From NCBI GenBank assembly GCA_943788985.1, contig CALSSJ010000030.1, forward strand, positions 1 to 64,000: a DNA stretch of 64,000 nt. The letters run 5' to 3'. How positions within the stretch are numbered: the stretch's first letter is position 1; the number at the start of each line of letters is the position of its first letter. A model generated the notes under the pieces. It made no database searches, had not been told where the DNA came from, and worked only from the letters and a program-made list of their open reading frames with translations. Origin of the DNA: an uncultured Lentisphaerales bacterium (GTDB taxonomy: Bacteria > Verrucomicrobiota > Lentisphaeria > JABSQK01 > UBA12247). Shown piece after piece: positions 49,693 through 59,448 of the stretch. A program made the translations under genes and the position numbers.

Positions 49693-50637
49693 ATGAACAA
49701 GGAACAGCATCAGGACATACGCATTGGCACCCTAGTCAACGGCGGTGCGAACTCCGCAAACTACATCGAACAGATCTTGCCCCACGGCTTTGAATCCTTC
49801 AGCATTACCTTTTGGCAGACCCTTGGCGACACCGACCTGTCGCAGCTCGCTGCCGAGGTGATGCCGGTCGTCACTGGCGGCAACGCCGTGGTCTCCAGCC
49901 TTGGCGTCTTTGGCAACCCGCTCGAAAATGACGAGCTGGCACAGAAAACCCGCGAGGGCTGGGAACTAGCGATCGACCACGCCCACGACTTCGGCTGCGA
50001 CATCGTTGCTGGTTTTGCCGGACGCCTGCGCGGCAAGCCGATTCACGAAAGCATGGATCGCTTTCGCGAGGTCTTTCAACCACTTACCGAGCGCGCGGGC
50101 GAAAAGGACGTCCGCATTGCCTTCGAAAACTGCGATATGGGCGGCACTTGGGAAAGCGGAGACTGGAACATCGCTCACAACCCCACAGCCTGGGAGATGA
50201 TGTTCGATGCTGTCCCCTTGCCCAACATCGGCCTCGAGTGGGAACCCTGTCACCAAATGGTCAGCCTCATGGACCCAATGCCACAGTTGGACGACTGGAT
50301 GTCACGCATTTTTCATGTGCATGGCAAGGACGCCACCGTCCATTGGGACCGAGTCCGCAAGTATGGCATCCACAGTTCCATGCATCAGGATATCGCGCTG
50401 GGCAACAAGAGCTCAGTCATTCAGCCCTTCGCCTACCATCGCACACCCGGCTTTGGCGACAGCGACTGGACCGCGATCATCACCAAACTGCGACAAGGCA
50501 GCTTTGTTGGCTGCATTGATATCGAAGGTTGGCACGACCCTGTCTACCGCGACGAGCTGGAAATGACCGGCCAGGTCCATGCCCTCAATTACTTAAAGAA
50601 CTGCCGAGGCGGCACCTTCGTCGCCAACCCGACCTAA
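49693..50637 (+). CDS. Sugar phosphate isomerase/epimerase (xylose isomerase-like TIM barrel)
   Basis: RIAFENC, GLEWEPCH, FHVHGKDA, PGFGDSDW, IDIEG. Confidence 0.88.
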   Translation: MNKEQHQDIRIGTLVNGGANSANYIEQILPHGFESFSITFWQTLGDTDLSQLAAEVMPVVTGGNAVVSSLGVFGNPLENDELAQKTREGWELAIDHAHDFGCDIVAGFAGRLRGKPIHESMDRFREVFQPLTERAGEKDVRIAFENCDMGGTWESGDWNIAHNPTAWEMMFDAVPLPNIGLEWEPCHQMVSLMDPMPQLDDWMSRIFHVHGKDATVHWDRVRKYGIHSSMHQDIALGNKSSVIQPFAYHRTPGFGDSDWTAIITKLRQGSFVGCIDIEGWHDPVYRDELEMTGQVHALNYLKNCRGGTFVANPT

Positions 50638-50771
50638 CCTGTCCGACGCAGGGGCTACAGTTCTCCCCAGATGCCCCCCGGGCGCCTGGGGATACGGACT
50701 CGCTTCAGGGTGCTTCGGTGCCGAGAGCAGCGCTGGGCTTATCCGCGGGCTGCTAAAAGATCTGGAGAAAG

Positions 50772-51461
50772 ATGAACGACAACTGCCTACATTCGATTCC
50801 GGGATTTAGTGATCCCTTCAGCTCTATCACGCACTTGCTAGGCGCTGGCGTGTATCTGCTGCTGTCTGTGCGCATGTTATGTCGCCGGCAGGGCCAAGTC
50901 TGGGCTTTTGCGATCTTCGCCTTTTCTTGTGTCTTTATGCTATCGATGAGTGGGGTGTATCACTTGCTCGGGAGCGGCACAGGCCGGGCAGTCCTCCAGC
51001 GCCTCGACCATGCTGCCATCTTCGTACTAATCGCGGGGACGATGACGCCGATCCATGCGGTGCTGTTCGATGGGTTTATGCGCTGGGGTTGGCTGCTGCT
51101 GGTGTGGTCAGTTGTGGTCACCACAATCACGCTCAAGACCATCTTCTTCACTGCCGTGCCGGAATGGCTAGGGCTCACCTTTTTTCTGGGACTGGGCTGG
51201 TTGGGAGCCATCACCGCAGGGCTCCTTTGGTATCGCCTGGGCATTACCTACGCCAAGCCCATTCTCTACGGTGGCGTGGCCTACTCGATCGGCGCCATGC
51301 TAGAGTTTCTCGGCCAGCCCGTCCTTATTCCGGGGGGCATCGGCCCTCACGAGCTATTTCACATTACTGTGCTCGTTGGCATCACCTGTCATTGGCGATT
51401 CGTGGCCAGCCTCGCTACCGATCAGCACTTGACAGTGCCGAATAACGCACTCAGTGTTTGA
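50772..51461 (+). CDS. Hemolysin III / PAQR family membrane protein
   Basis: SSITH, SGVYH, RLDHAAIFVLIAGT, HELFH. Confidence 0.9.
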   Translation: MNDNCLHSIPGFSDPFSSITHLLGAGVYLLLSVRMLCRRQGQVWAFAIFAFSCVFMLSMSGVYHLLGSGTGRAVLQRLDHAAIFVLIAGTMTPIHAVLFDGFMRWGWLLLVWSVVVTTITLKTIFFTAVPEWLGLTFFLGLGWLGAITAGLLWYRLGITYAKPILYGGVAYSIGAMLEFLGQPVLIPGGIGPHELFHITVLVGITCHWRFVASLATDQHLTVPNNALSV

Positions 51462-51884
51462 GCTCAACACCAGAGCGTTATTATGCGTAGTTCAGACTAC
51501 TTTGCCCCCATGGTGCGGCACGTACGTGACGCAATTTTCCCGATCGATGAGCAGGAAAATCTATCCAGGTAGGCCCTGAGGTGACTATTCTCAGGCTTTA
51601 GTCACCTCGTCAGCCGGCCAAAGAGTCAATCGGCCCCATAGCGCAGGGCTGACGAAGCGCATCGATTGGTGTAGTGATTCGCCCAAAAAAAAAACGGCAT
51701 AACTTCATGCTTCGAGGGCGGCAGGAGTGCAAAACTTGGGCAAATGCTTCTAGGCGGGAAGGACGAACCACGAAGCAGCATCCACGACATTAAGCAGCCC
51801 GATAAGTAAGGTGGATGAGGAGGCTGGCGAAACCGCAATTTTTCGCCTGCTTGCTGAAGAGTGAAAACGCGGGTTCCGGCAGAT

Positions 51885-52724
51885 TCAGGGATCCACGGAC
51901 TGCACCGACGGCACAGGCAAGGATTCTCCTCCCCATGCCTGCCGGCGCAGGGTTCGCGGGCAGACAGCATATCGCGCCTTAATCAATCGCGAGAAATGGG
52001 TAGCGCTCTGAAAGCCACAGCGGTAGCCTGCCTCTCCAATACTCAGCCCCGTCTGGCGCAGTAACCTCGCCCCCTCCCGCGTACGCTGCTGCCATAGATA
52101 CCGCATCGGCCGCGTCCCGAGGTGCTGCCGAAACAGCCGGTTGAGATGTTGGGGCGTCACGCCCGCCGCCTTGGCAAGCACGGTCAGATCCAAGGAAGAT
52201 GTCAGGCTCTCGTCGATCAAGCGCACAGCTTTCGCCAACGGTGTCGGAAGCCGCTGGTGGGCTTTGTGCCGATAACCGGCGGACTGCAGATACTCGAGGA
52301 TCGCACAACGGATCAGGCCAGCACGCACCGCCCTCGCCGTGGGCTCCCAGTCATGCGCTGCTGGCAGGCTCACCTCAAACAACTGCCCAAGCCTCGCCGA
52401 CACTGGGCAAACAAGTGGCAACTCTGACAGACAGCGCAGCTGCGCGACCGACAACTCCGGAACGTCAGCCTGTCGCCAGCCATGCAGCGTTTCCCCGGCC
52501 GTCGAAAAGGAAAAATGCTCGTTCCCGCCCGGCAGCAGCAGCGTCGCCTCACCGGCACCCACACGGCGAACCACACCATCCACGGTGATCACCGCCTCTC
52601 CCTGATCCACGTAGACCAGTTGCAGCGAAGTTTGAATGCGTGGCCCCAAGCTTGCCCCCGGCGCATAGCGAATGAACCCCGCCCCAAACCTGTCCCCAAA
52701 CTGCATTATGTTCATTTCAGACAA
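51885..52724 (-). CDS. AraC-family transcriptional regulator
   Basis: Cupin N-terminus; HLNRLFRQHLG, GEAGYRCGFQSATHFSR; divergent from the PhyH gene. Confidence 0.9.
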   Translation of the reverse strand: MSEMNIMQFGDRFGAGFIRYAPGASLGPRIQTSLQLVYVDQGEAVITVDGVVRRVGAGEATLLLPGGNEHFSFSTAGETLHGWRQADVPELSVAQLRCLSELPLVCPVSARLGQLFEVSLPAAHDWEPTARAVRAGLIRCAILEYLQSAGYRHKAHQRLPTPLAKAVRLIDESLTSSLDLTVLAKAAGVTPQHLNRLFRQHLGTRPMRYLWQQRTREGARLLRQTGLSIGEAGYRCGFQSATHFSRLIKARYAVCPRTLRRQAWGGESLPVPSVQSVDP

Positions 52725-52814
52725 GACTATGCCACTATCAATTCATTGAGAGCCTACAGATGGAGTGTATTATAGACATATTCTATCGAAGCTCAACAAG
52801 TATCTGGTACTCTC

Positions 52815-53792
52815 ATGCTCACTCCCGATTCCCCTGGCGTCTGTACGCTCGATAGTCTCGACGCTAACGCCTGCGACTTTTACAAAGACAACGGCTTTCT
52901 CGTCATCACCAATGCAGTCACCCCAGACGGCCTGGCAGAGCTAGCCGCCGAGACCGTCGCCGTCTGCCGAGGGGAATACGGTCAGGTTAGCCGCTCTCCG
53001 CAGGCAGTTGGCGGCCCGCTCACCGACGAGATGCTGGCTGAGATGCCAGCAGAAGAGCTCATCTCCCACTTTCTTTGTATCCACCACCCGCACAAAATCT
53101 CAGCAACCTTCGAACGCTATTTAGCCCATCCGGCCATCGTCGCCGCCTTGACCAAAGTCATAGGCCCCAACGTCAAGTGCATGCAGTCCATGCTGTTCGT
53201 TAAATCCTCCGGCAAGCCGGGCCAGGCTTGGCATCAGGACGAAGACTACATTCCCACCCGAGACCGCTCCCTCACCGGTGCCTGGATTGCGATCGACGAC
53301 GCCACCGTCGAGAACGGTTGCCTCTGGGTCATCCCCGGCTCGCAGCGCCGCGGTATCCTCTACCCGCAGTACCCCCACGATGACAGCGATTACGACTGCA
53401 ACGTCATGTCATACAACTTTCCATACGATGAATCCGTCGATGCCATCCCCGTCGAAGTCCCCGCAGGAAGCATCGTCTTCTTCAATGGCTATTTGCTGCA
53501 CAAATCGCTCCCCAATCGTGCCCCAGAAGGCACATTCCGCCGCGTCTTGGTAAACCACTACATGAGCGCCGAGAGCCTGCTCCCCTGGCAGTTCAGCCCC
53601 GGCGTCCCAATCGCAAAGCAAGACTATCGCGACATCGTGATGATCGCAGGCGAAGACCCGTACGCTTGGAAGGGCCTTGATGACAGTGCCCGCCCCAGCG
53701 TTCGCTCCGCCGGCTATGGCGGCTGCGGTGATGGCCGCAGCGACCTCGAAGCCCATCTGCAGAAGCCAGTATCCGAACGCCGCTCAGATTGA
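52815..53792 (+). CDS. Phytanoyl-CoA dioxygenase (PhyH) family Fe/2OG enzyme
   Basis: AWHQDED, AWIAIDDATVENGCLWVIPGS, LLHKSLPN. Confidence 0.9.
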   Translation: MLTPDSPGVCTLDSLDANACDFYKDNGFLVITNAVTPDGLAELAAETVAVCRGEYGQVSRSPQAVGGPLTDEMLAEMPAEELISHFLCIHHPHKISATFERYLAHPAIVAALTKVIGPNVKCMQSMLFVKSSGKPGQAWHQDEDYIPTRDRSLTGAWIAIDDATVENGCLWVIPGSQRRGILYPQYPHDDSDYDCNVMSYNFPYDESVDAIPVEVPAGSIVFFNGYLLHKSLPNRAPEGTFRRVLVNHYMSAESLLPWQFSPGVPIAKQDYRDIVMIAGEDPYAWKGLDDSARPSVRSAGYGGCGDGRSDLEAHLQKPVSERRSD

Positions 53793-54014
53793 AAGAGGAG
53801 CCAGGCCAGTGACGAGCCGAAAGCTCGTCTTATTCGCTGTGTTGATCGCGGAGATTTTTTCTGCCGTAAGCGCAGAGGAAAAGGCCATGAACTCAAAGGA
53901 CAATCCGCCAAAGCTACACGTGTAGATAGGCCGCAATGACTCTAACCTCAGCCAGCTGCCGGACTTCGCGCCCGCGGGGACAGAGTTAATTTCTGTTTTC
54001 GCCAGGGGGTAGAG

Positions 54015-54445
54015 ATGGCAAAAACTAGCAGAAACGCCCCATGCCCGTGCAGCAGTGGCAGGAAGTAAAAGAAGTACTGTCTCCGAATATCGGGGGTAGA
54101 CCATCGGCAACATCGCCCGGACAGGTCTATGCCGAGGTGGCGGAACTTGGCGCCTTGTCGAATAGCGTTCTCGACCTTATTCGCGACCATCACTTTGACG
54201 AGGCGGAAAGGGTGTGCCAACGCTTGGTGACTGAGTACCCAGATCAAGTTGACGGTCTGGACCGTCTTGCGATGACGTATGCGGCACAGGGCTGGAAGGG
54301 TAAGGCCGCCGAATACTACCGGAAGACAACCGCCTTGATGCGTTTATACGATGGCTTTGATGGCCCTGGCATTGCCAATGCGATGAGGGAAGCGGAGAGA
54401 CTCGACGCCGAACAATCAGATGCTGTCCATGACGGGCAGATCTGA
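54015..54445 (+). pseudogene. SEC-C motif plus TPR-like protein, disrupted
   Basis: MAKTSRNAPCPCSSGRK[TAA 54066]KKYC, then a frame change into a TPR-like helical region (EYPDQVDGLDRLAMTY...AAEYYRK). Confidence 0.7.
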
Positions 54446-54552
54446 GCGTTTGAAACGAGCCGGCGAATAAGGCGCTGAAAGGCCAACGGCCTTGCCTTTC
54501 TCGATGCTTATGGGTACGTTGTCAGCAATGAAGTTGCTCGGAGGAGAATGCC

Positions 54553-54744
54553 ATGGCTATAGTAACCGAAAAAGAGAGAGTTGTCGAGGCTATTCATCAG
54601 ATCCCAGAGGATGAAACGATTGAGGAGGCAATGGAGCGTCTTATGCTTCTGGCGAAGATTGACCGCGGAATTCGAGAGGCTGATGCCAGAGATACAATCC
54701 CCCATTCCGACATGAAGCGCCGGATGGGCCGGTGGCAAACATAA
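54553..54744 (+). CDS. Putative type II antitoxin (partner of RelE/ParE)
   Basis: 63 aa: EAIHQIPEDETIEEAMERL...IDRGIREAD...IPH--MK; overlaps a GTG start reading MANIRWT-stop. Confidence 0.6.
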   Translation: MAIVTEKERVVEAIHQIPEDETIEEAMERLMLLAKIDRGIREADARDTIPHSDMKRRMGRWQT

Positions 54745-54990
54745 GGTGGACTTAGCAGGACAGACCGGCTCAGCCCCCATCGCGCGCAGCGTGGTCCACC
54801 GAAGCAGAGGATCGAATTAATGCCTACGAGCGCGGTGAGATTCAGGCATCGACTGCGGGGGATGTTTACGCCCGGTTTGGAATCAGCCAATGATTCGCGT
54901 TCTGGCAGTTGCCTAGGCCGAATTTGCGGAGAAGTAGCCTGCTGCAATGAGCAACGAAAGGGTCTGGGCTACGAGTTCGCTGAAGAGGTA
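54732..54990 (+). pseudogene. RelE/ParE toxin remnants
   Basis: MANIRWT[TAG 54753]; second fragment EVACCNEQRKGLGYEFAEEV resembles the ParE N-terminal helix (xYYxEQRxGLGxEFxxEV). Confidence 0.5.
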
Positions 54991-55023
54991 AATATTGAAT
55001 AATCTCGCAATTATAAATATTCC

Positions 55024-55707
55024 ATGAAGTCTACTACTAATCGACTCGATCGTTTTATTAGCCAGAATAGTTCATTCCCTATGTCATATACACGCATATT
55101 AATTGCTCAAAAGCGGATAATTATAGATGGCCGTGTGGCATATTCAATTCAGCAGAGGGTGACGAAATTCAGTCATGTAGAGTTGGATGGATACTGCTTG
55201 AATAATAGGACCCCTGTTTATATCATGCTGAATAAACCAAAGGGGGTTGTCAGTGCTACTAAAGACGGTAAACACTCCACCGTGTTGGACCTAATTCAGC
55301 ACCCTCAGAAGAACGAACTTCACATTGCTGGCCGCCTGGACTTCAATACGACCGGACTGGTATTATTGACTAACGACGGGGCATGGTCACGCAAGATAAG
55401 TTTGCCTGAGAAAAAGATTGTAAAGACATACTATGTAACCTTGGCAAAGCCGTTAAGTCATGAGTATACTTATTTGTTTCAAAAGGGAATATATTTTGCC
55501 TATGAGAACATTACAACTCAGCCTGCACATTTAGAGATACTATCAGAGTATACCGCCAGACTTTCACTTGTTGAAGGAAAGTATCATCAAGTCAAACGGA
55601 TGTTCGGCTTTTTAAAAAACAATGTCTTGGCGCTTCATCGATCTTCTGTGGGAAATTTTTCTTTAGATGGTCTTGAGGTAGGGAAAAGCAGAATTATTAC
55701 AATATAA
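55024..55707 (+). CDS. rsuA: RsuA-family pseudouridine synthase, AT-rich
   Basis: RLDRFI, MLNKPKGVVSAT, AGRLDFNTTGLVLLTNDG, EGKYHQVKRMF, LHR. Confidence 0.9.
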   Translation: MKSTTNRLDRFISQNSSFPMSYTRILIAQKRIIIDGRVAYSIQQRVTKFSHVELDGYCLNNRTPVYIMLNKPKGVVSATKDGKHSTVLDLIQHPQKNELHIAGRLDFNTTGLVLLTNDGAWSRKISLPEKKIVKTYYVTLAKPLSHEYTYLFQKGIYFAYENITTQPAHLEILSEYTARLSLVEGKYHQVKRMFGFLKNNVLALHRSSVGNFSLDGLEVGKSRIITI

Positions 55708-55998
55708 TAATTGGTAGCAAGCAAGTGAAAGCGCGGTTTCCCACAGCACAAGCTATCTATCGTGCATCATGTGGCCAGGTTTCCCTCTCGGCCTGTTGGG
55801 CCTGCCCCAAAAAGGATCGCCTCGAGGCGATTTTTTCGTTTAATTCCCAAAGTGCGGCCTTGCCACGCTGTCATGGGAAGACCTCAATGCCTACGCCGAT
55901 GCCAGAACCTAAGTCATCGAGCGAATCCCCGGCTCTGCCTCTGAGGCGACTCCCAGAGCTGCCCGAGCGTCCTTTCCCAAAAACGTCGAACCGCGCGT

Positions 55999-56700
55999 TC
56001 AAGGCTCCTGAAAGTCTGAGGCATTCACCAATCTAACGAGATCTGGATTTGACGCGGCTATGCGCATGCCAATTGCGCCCGATGCGGCCTGCGACTCTAC
56101 TGACTGCAACTGCCACGATTCCGCATGACCATCTAGGAAGGTCAGGTTAAACTTCTGGCGATGGAAATCGCCAATCCAGTCCCCAGATCTATACGTCGAG
56201 AAGCCACCTTCCCTCACGAAGAATGAGTTCATATTGTAACCACGTGGGTCGGCCTCTTCGATGAAGATGAACAGTTGGTCGTGAGCCCTCGCGACAGCGC
56301 CTAGGCGTTTATGCGGGTCGAGCTCGCCGTTAAAACGACTATTGATCGAGTACGAGCGGAACTCATTGATGGTGTCTAGCGGGCAGTGGTAGGCCGCGCT
56401 TGATTGTACATAGGAATAGAGGAGTCCGTTTTCGTTGGCTGCCGCGCTATCGCCATTCCCCACCCACCGCGGACTGCGACCGGTATTGGACGAGACGAAC
56501 CACCCGTCGTTGTCATCTGTGTACATGGCGTAAGCCATTTGCAGATGATGCTGGTTGCCCAAACACGTGACGCGCAAAGCGTCTACTTTAGATCGCGACA
56601 GCGCGGGCAGCAGAATGGCCACCAGAATCGCGATTACGGCGATTACCACCAGCAATTCAATCAGGGTAAAAGAAAAGCTGCTGGGCTTTAGTCTATAAAC
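55999..56700 (-). CDS. Prepilin-type N-terminal cleavage/methylation protein with H-X9-DG motif; start unclear
   Basis: [29 protein letters not shown]...CLGNQ; FHRQKFNLTFLDGH; no in-frame ATG upstream. Confidence 0.85.
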   Translation of the reverse strand, partial: VYRLKPSSFSFTLIELLVVIAVIAILVAILLPALSRSKVDALRVTCLGNQHHLQMAYAMYTDDNDGWFVSSNTGRSPRWVGNGDSAAANENGLLYSYVQSSAAYHCPLDTINEFRSYSINSRFNGELDPHKRLGAVARAHDQLFIFIEEADPRGYNMNSFFVREGGFSTYRSGDWIGDFHRQKFNLTFLDGHAESWQLQSVESQAASGAIGMRIAASNPDLVRLVNASDFQEP

Positions 56701-56996
56701 AGGCGTAAGTCACCCAATTCAACGACGATAGCATAATCAACTCACTCTTAACCACCTAGTATCCCCCGACTTCGGTCAGCCGAGTCTGTACTTCCATGTG
56801 TTAGAAGCACTTACGCAAAGTTATCTCCCATTCTATTGGGCGTCAACAAACAATTCCTAATCGTCTGGCCCGTCAGCCGTTGCACGCTGACTGAAAGCTG
56901 CGCAAAAGCGCCCCCATTGATTCGCTGGATACGATAAGATCGACTCGAGTCTACTTTTTTGATCATGTCCCTCACTCGGAGCGCTGGCGGCCGGCG

Positions 56997-57760
56997 TTAT
57001 ACCACCGATGCCCAAAACCAAGCCCGAAAGCCTGACCTCACTCGCTCGAGACCCAGCTGCGTTTGGGCCAGCGAAACCGGGCGGCCAGCGCGGCCCACGG
57101 ATTGAAGCCGAAGCATGAAAGCAGCCCGAGAATTGTCTGGATTTCGCTTGAATAGCTCTCTGGCTACACGCACCGCGTCCTCGTGGCAGTTCATCCTCAC
57201 GTAGTGACCAGCCAGGCTATCGGGCATCTGATCGGATTCCGGTAAGTCCTCCAGCAACCATCTAAGAGAGGCGGCATCCCACTGCAGCCAGGCCGGATCC
57301 GAGGTAACTTCTGAGAAGATTTCTGAAAGCGCCTGCCCTCGACTCTCTTCTGCCTTCAAGATCAGCACGCCGGCGCAATTATCCGTGTTGGTGGTGGCAC
57401 ATTGCAGGTACTGCCCGGCAATCCGCGGCGGTGCTTGGGATAGCGCTCCAGCATGGCCTTGAGCTCAGTGAGTGCTGCTTCCAAGTCCAATGCTTCCTCG
57501 TACAGCAACACGCGCTGAAACCACAGACCTTGGTGCGCTTGAAACTGCGGCACCAAGCGAACCAGCCATTCGTTTGCGGAGTTCGCAACGTTGATCGCCG
57601 CGCCATACTGCGTGAGTTGGTCAGTCACAGCAAAGACAAACCACTGCACCGCGCCACTCTTGGGCCTGCCTCCAGCCATCACGTGAGCGGCCAGCCATAA
57701 ACAGATCCCTGGCTTCTCCCCAGGCAGAGGAGATATCGGGGGTGGAGTTGCGAATCTCAA
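56997..57760 (-). CDS. Hypothetical helical-repeat protein, probably frameshifted or fragmentary
   Basis: Two overlapping ORFs with TPR-like helices (LYEEALDLEAALTELKAMLERYP; EDAVRVARELFKRNPDN). Confidence 0.35.
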
Positions 57761-57830
57761 AGAGCGTAAGCGGGCTCTGAAGAATGCGGAACGGGACCCA
57801 ATAATTTGTCTTAGTTCAACTAAAAATAGT

Positions 57831-59426
57831 CTACGACAACTTTTTCAGGACTGACTCGTCTCCCTTCAGACGGCGGTAGTTGGCATGCATCGCATCGAAG
57901 CGCTTCAGCTGCTGCGGCAGACGCGTTTCGTAGAAGTCTTGGAAGTCCTTGGCGGCCAGGGGGCTCCAGCCAACCTCAGCGATCGCGCAGCCGCGTGGAT
58001 AGGTCATGTAGAGCATGTGCTCGAAATCTGGCATATACTCAGTCCAGACATTTCCCTGTACGCCCATAATGTGCGTGGCTTCGGCCGGCGTCAGCTCAGC
58101 TGGAACCGGATCATAGCTGTAGACCGTACATAACGGCAGGTGCCCGCCGATTGCAAGCGGCTCGCCCTCGGTCGCCTGGCGGTAGTCTAAATAGCAGTGG
58201 GTCGTCGGGCTCATCACCGCATCGTGCGCCGCTCTAACAGCGGCAATCCCGCCCTTCTCTCCCCGCCAACTCATGACCGCAGCATGCGGCGCGAGACCAC
58301 CTTCGAGAATCTCATCCCAGCCAATCAACGTCTTGCCCTTGCCATTCAAAAATTTCTCAATACGCCGAATCACGTAGCTCTGGAGCTCTTTCTCGTCCTG
58401 CAACTGCTCATCCTGAATCCGTTGCTGACAGTCCGGACAGGCCTTCCAGCGGCTCTTGCGGCATTCATCACCGCCGATATGCAGGTAGCTCCCCGGAAAT
58501 AGCTCACAGACCTCAGCGAGGACGTCCTCCAGAAATGAGAAGGTCGATTCCTTGCCAGCGCAGTAGGCATCCTCACTAATCCCCCATTCCACTCGCACCG
58601 GAATCTTCTCGCCGGTACAGCTCAGCTCGGGATACGCGTGAATGGCAGCCATCGAATGCCCCGGTAGCTCGATCTCGGGAACGATCGTGATGAAACGACG
58701 GCGGGCATACTCCACCACCTCCCGAATCTCTGCCTGGGAATAGCAGAAGGGCCCGTAGGCCTCGCCCTTAAATTTCCGGGGTTCGTCGCGAAAATGCCCG
58801 ACTAGTTCGTCTTGGCGGACCGACGCTTCGGTGGCCAGCTTGGGATATTTCTTGATCTCGATGCGCCAGCCTTGGTCTTCGGTCAGATGCCAGTGAAAGA
58901 CATTCATCTTGTGCAAGGCCAAGAGATCGATGAAGCGCTTGACCTCATCTGCAGACGCAAAATGGCGAGCAACGTCGAGCATCAGCCCACGCCAGGCAAA
59001 ACGCGGTTTATCCTCGATCGACACGCAAGGCACGCTCAGCTCACCCTCGTCTACGAGCAACTCGCCGTAGACTTCCGGTGGCAGCAACTGCAACAGGCTT
59101 TGGACGCCCCAGAACGCACCACGCCCCGTGCTTGCGGAGATCGCAACTTTCTGCTCCGAAATCTGCAGGGCGTACGCTTCCTCCCCAAGCGCAGCATCTG
59201 CGCGGATCACGATCGCATTCTCCGCGCTTTTCTGCCCGGCCGTGCTCTCATTCCCAACCACAACGGCAAACCGCGCGGCCAGAAAGTCCGCGGCCAGAGC
59301 GAAGTCTTTGTCGCCCTGGACCACAATCGAGGTGCTAGGCGTAATCGTAAAAGTTCCTTGCTGCACCGTCATGGTGACAGGCTGAGGGATCACGCTAGGG
59401 CCTGTTGGTCGATTGGGCATGGTCAT
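57831..59426 (-). CDS. Beta-N-acetylhexosaminidase (GH20)
   Basis: DKPRFAWRGLMLDVARHF, FHWHLTEDQGWR, PEIELPGH, HIGGDE, GVQGNVWTE. Confidence 0.95.
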   Translation of the reverse strand: MTMPNRPTGPSVIPQPVTMTVQQGTFTITPSTSIVVQGDKDFALAADFLAARFAVVVGNESTAGQKSAENAIVIRADAALGEEAYALQISEQKVAISASTGRGAFWGVQSLLQLLPPEVYGELLVDEGELSVPCVSIEDKPRFAWRGLMLDVARHFASADEVKRFIDLLALHKMNVFHWHLTEDQGWRIEIKKYPKLATEASVRQDELVGHFRDEPRKFKGEAYGPFCYSQAEIREVVEYARRRFITIVPEIELPGHSMAAIHAYPELSCTGEKIPVRVEWGISEDAYCAGKESTFSFLEDVLAEVCELFPGSYLHIGGDECRKSRWKACPDCQQRIQDEQLQDEKELQSYVIRRIEKFLNGKGKTLIGWDEILEGGLAPHAAVMSWRGEKGGIAAVRAAHDAVMSPTTHCYLDYRQATEGEPLAIGGHLPLCTVYSYDPVPAELTPAEATHIMGVQGNVWTEYMPDFEHMLYMTYPRGCAIAEVGWSPLAAKDFQDFYETRLPQQLKRFDAMHANYRRLKGDESVLKKLS

Positions 59427-59448
59427 GGTTCCTCTTGGGCTTAGTGAT

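Noticed and set aside
54405..54500. GCCGAACAA / GGCGAATAAGGCGCTG as integron attC sites
   Set aside because: They resemble attC left ends, but I could not find matching right-hand cores or a full hairpin, and no intI is present.
6266..54755. In-frame stops at conserved positions (TAG 6266, TGA 38910, TAA 54066, TAG 54753) as stop-codon reassignment
   Set aside because: All three stop codons end intact genes normally in this window, and each case lies in an already truncated remnant.
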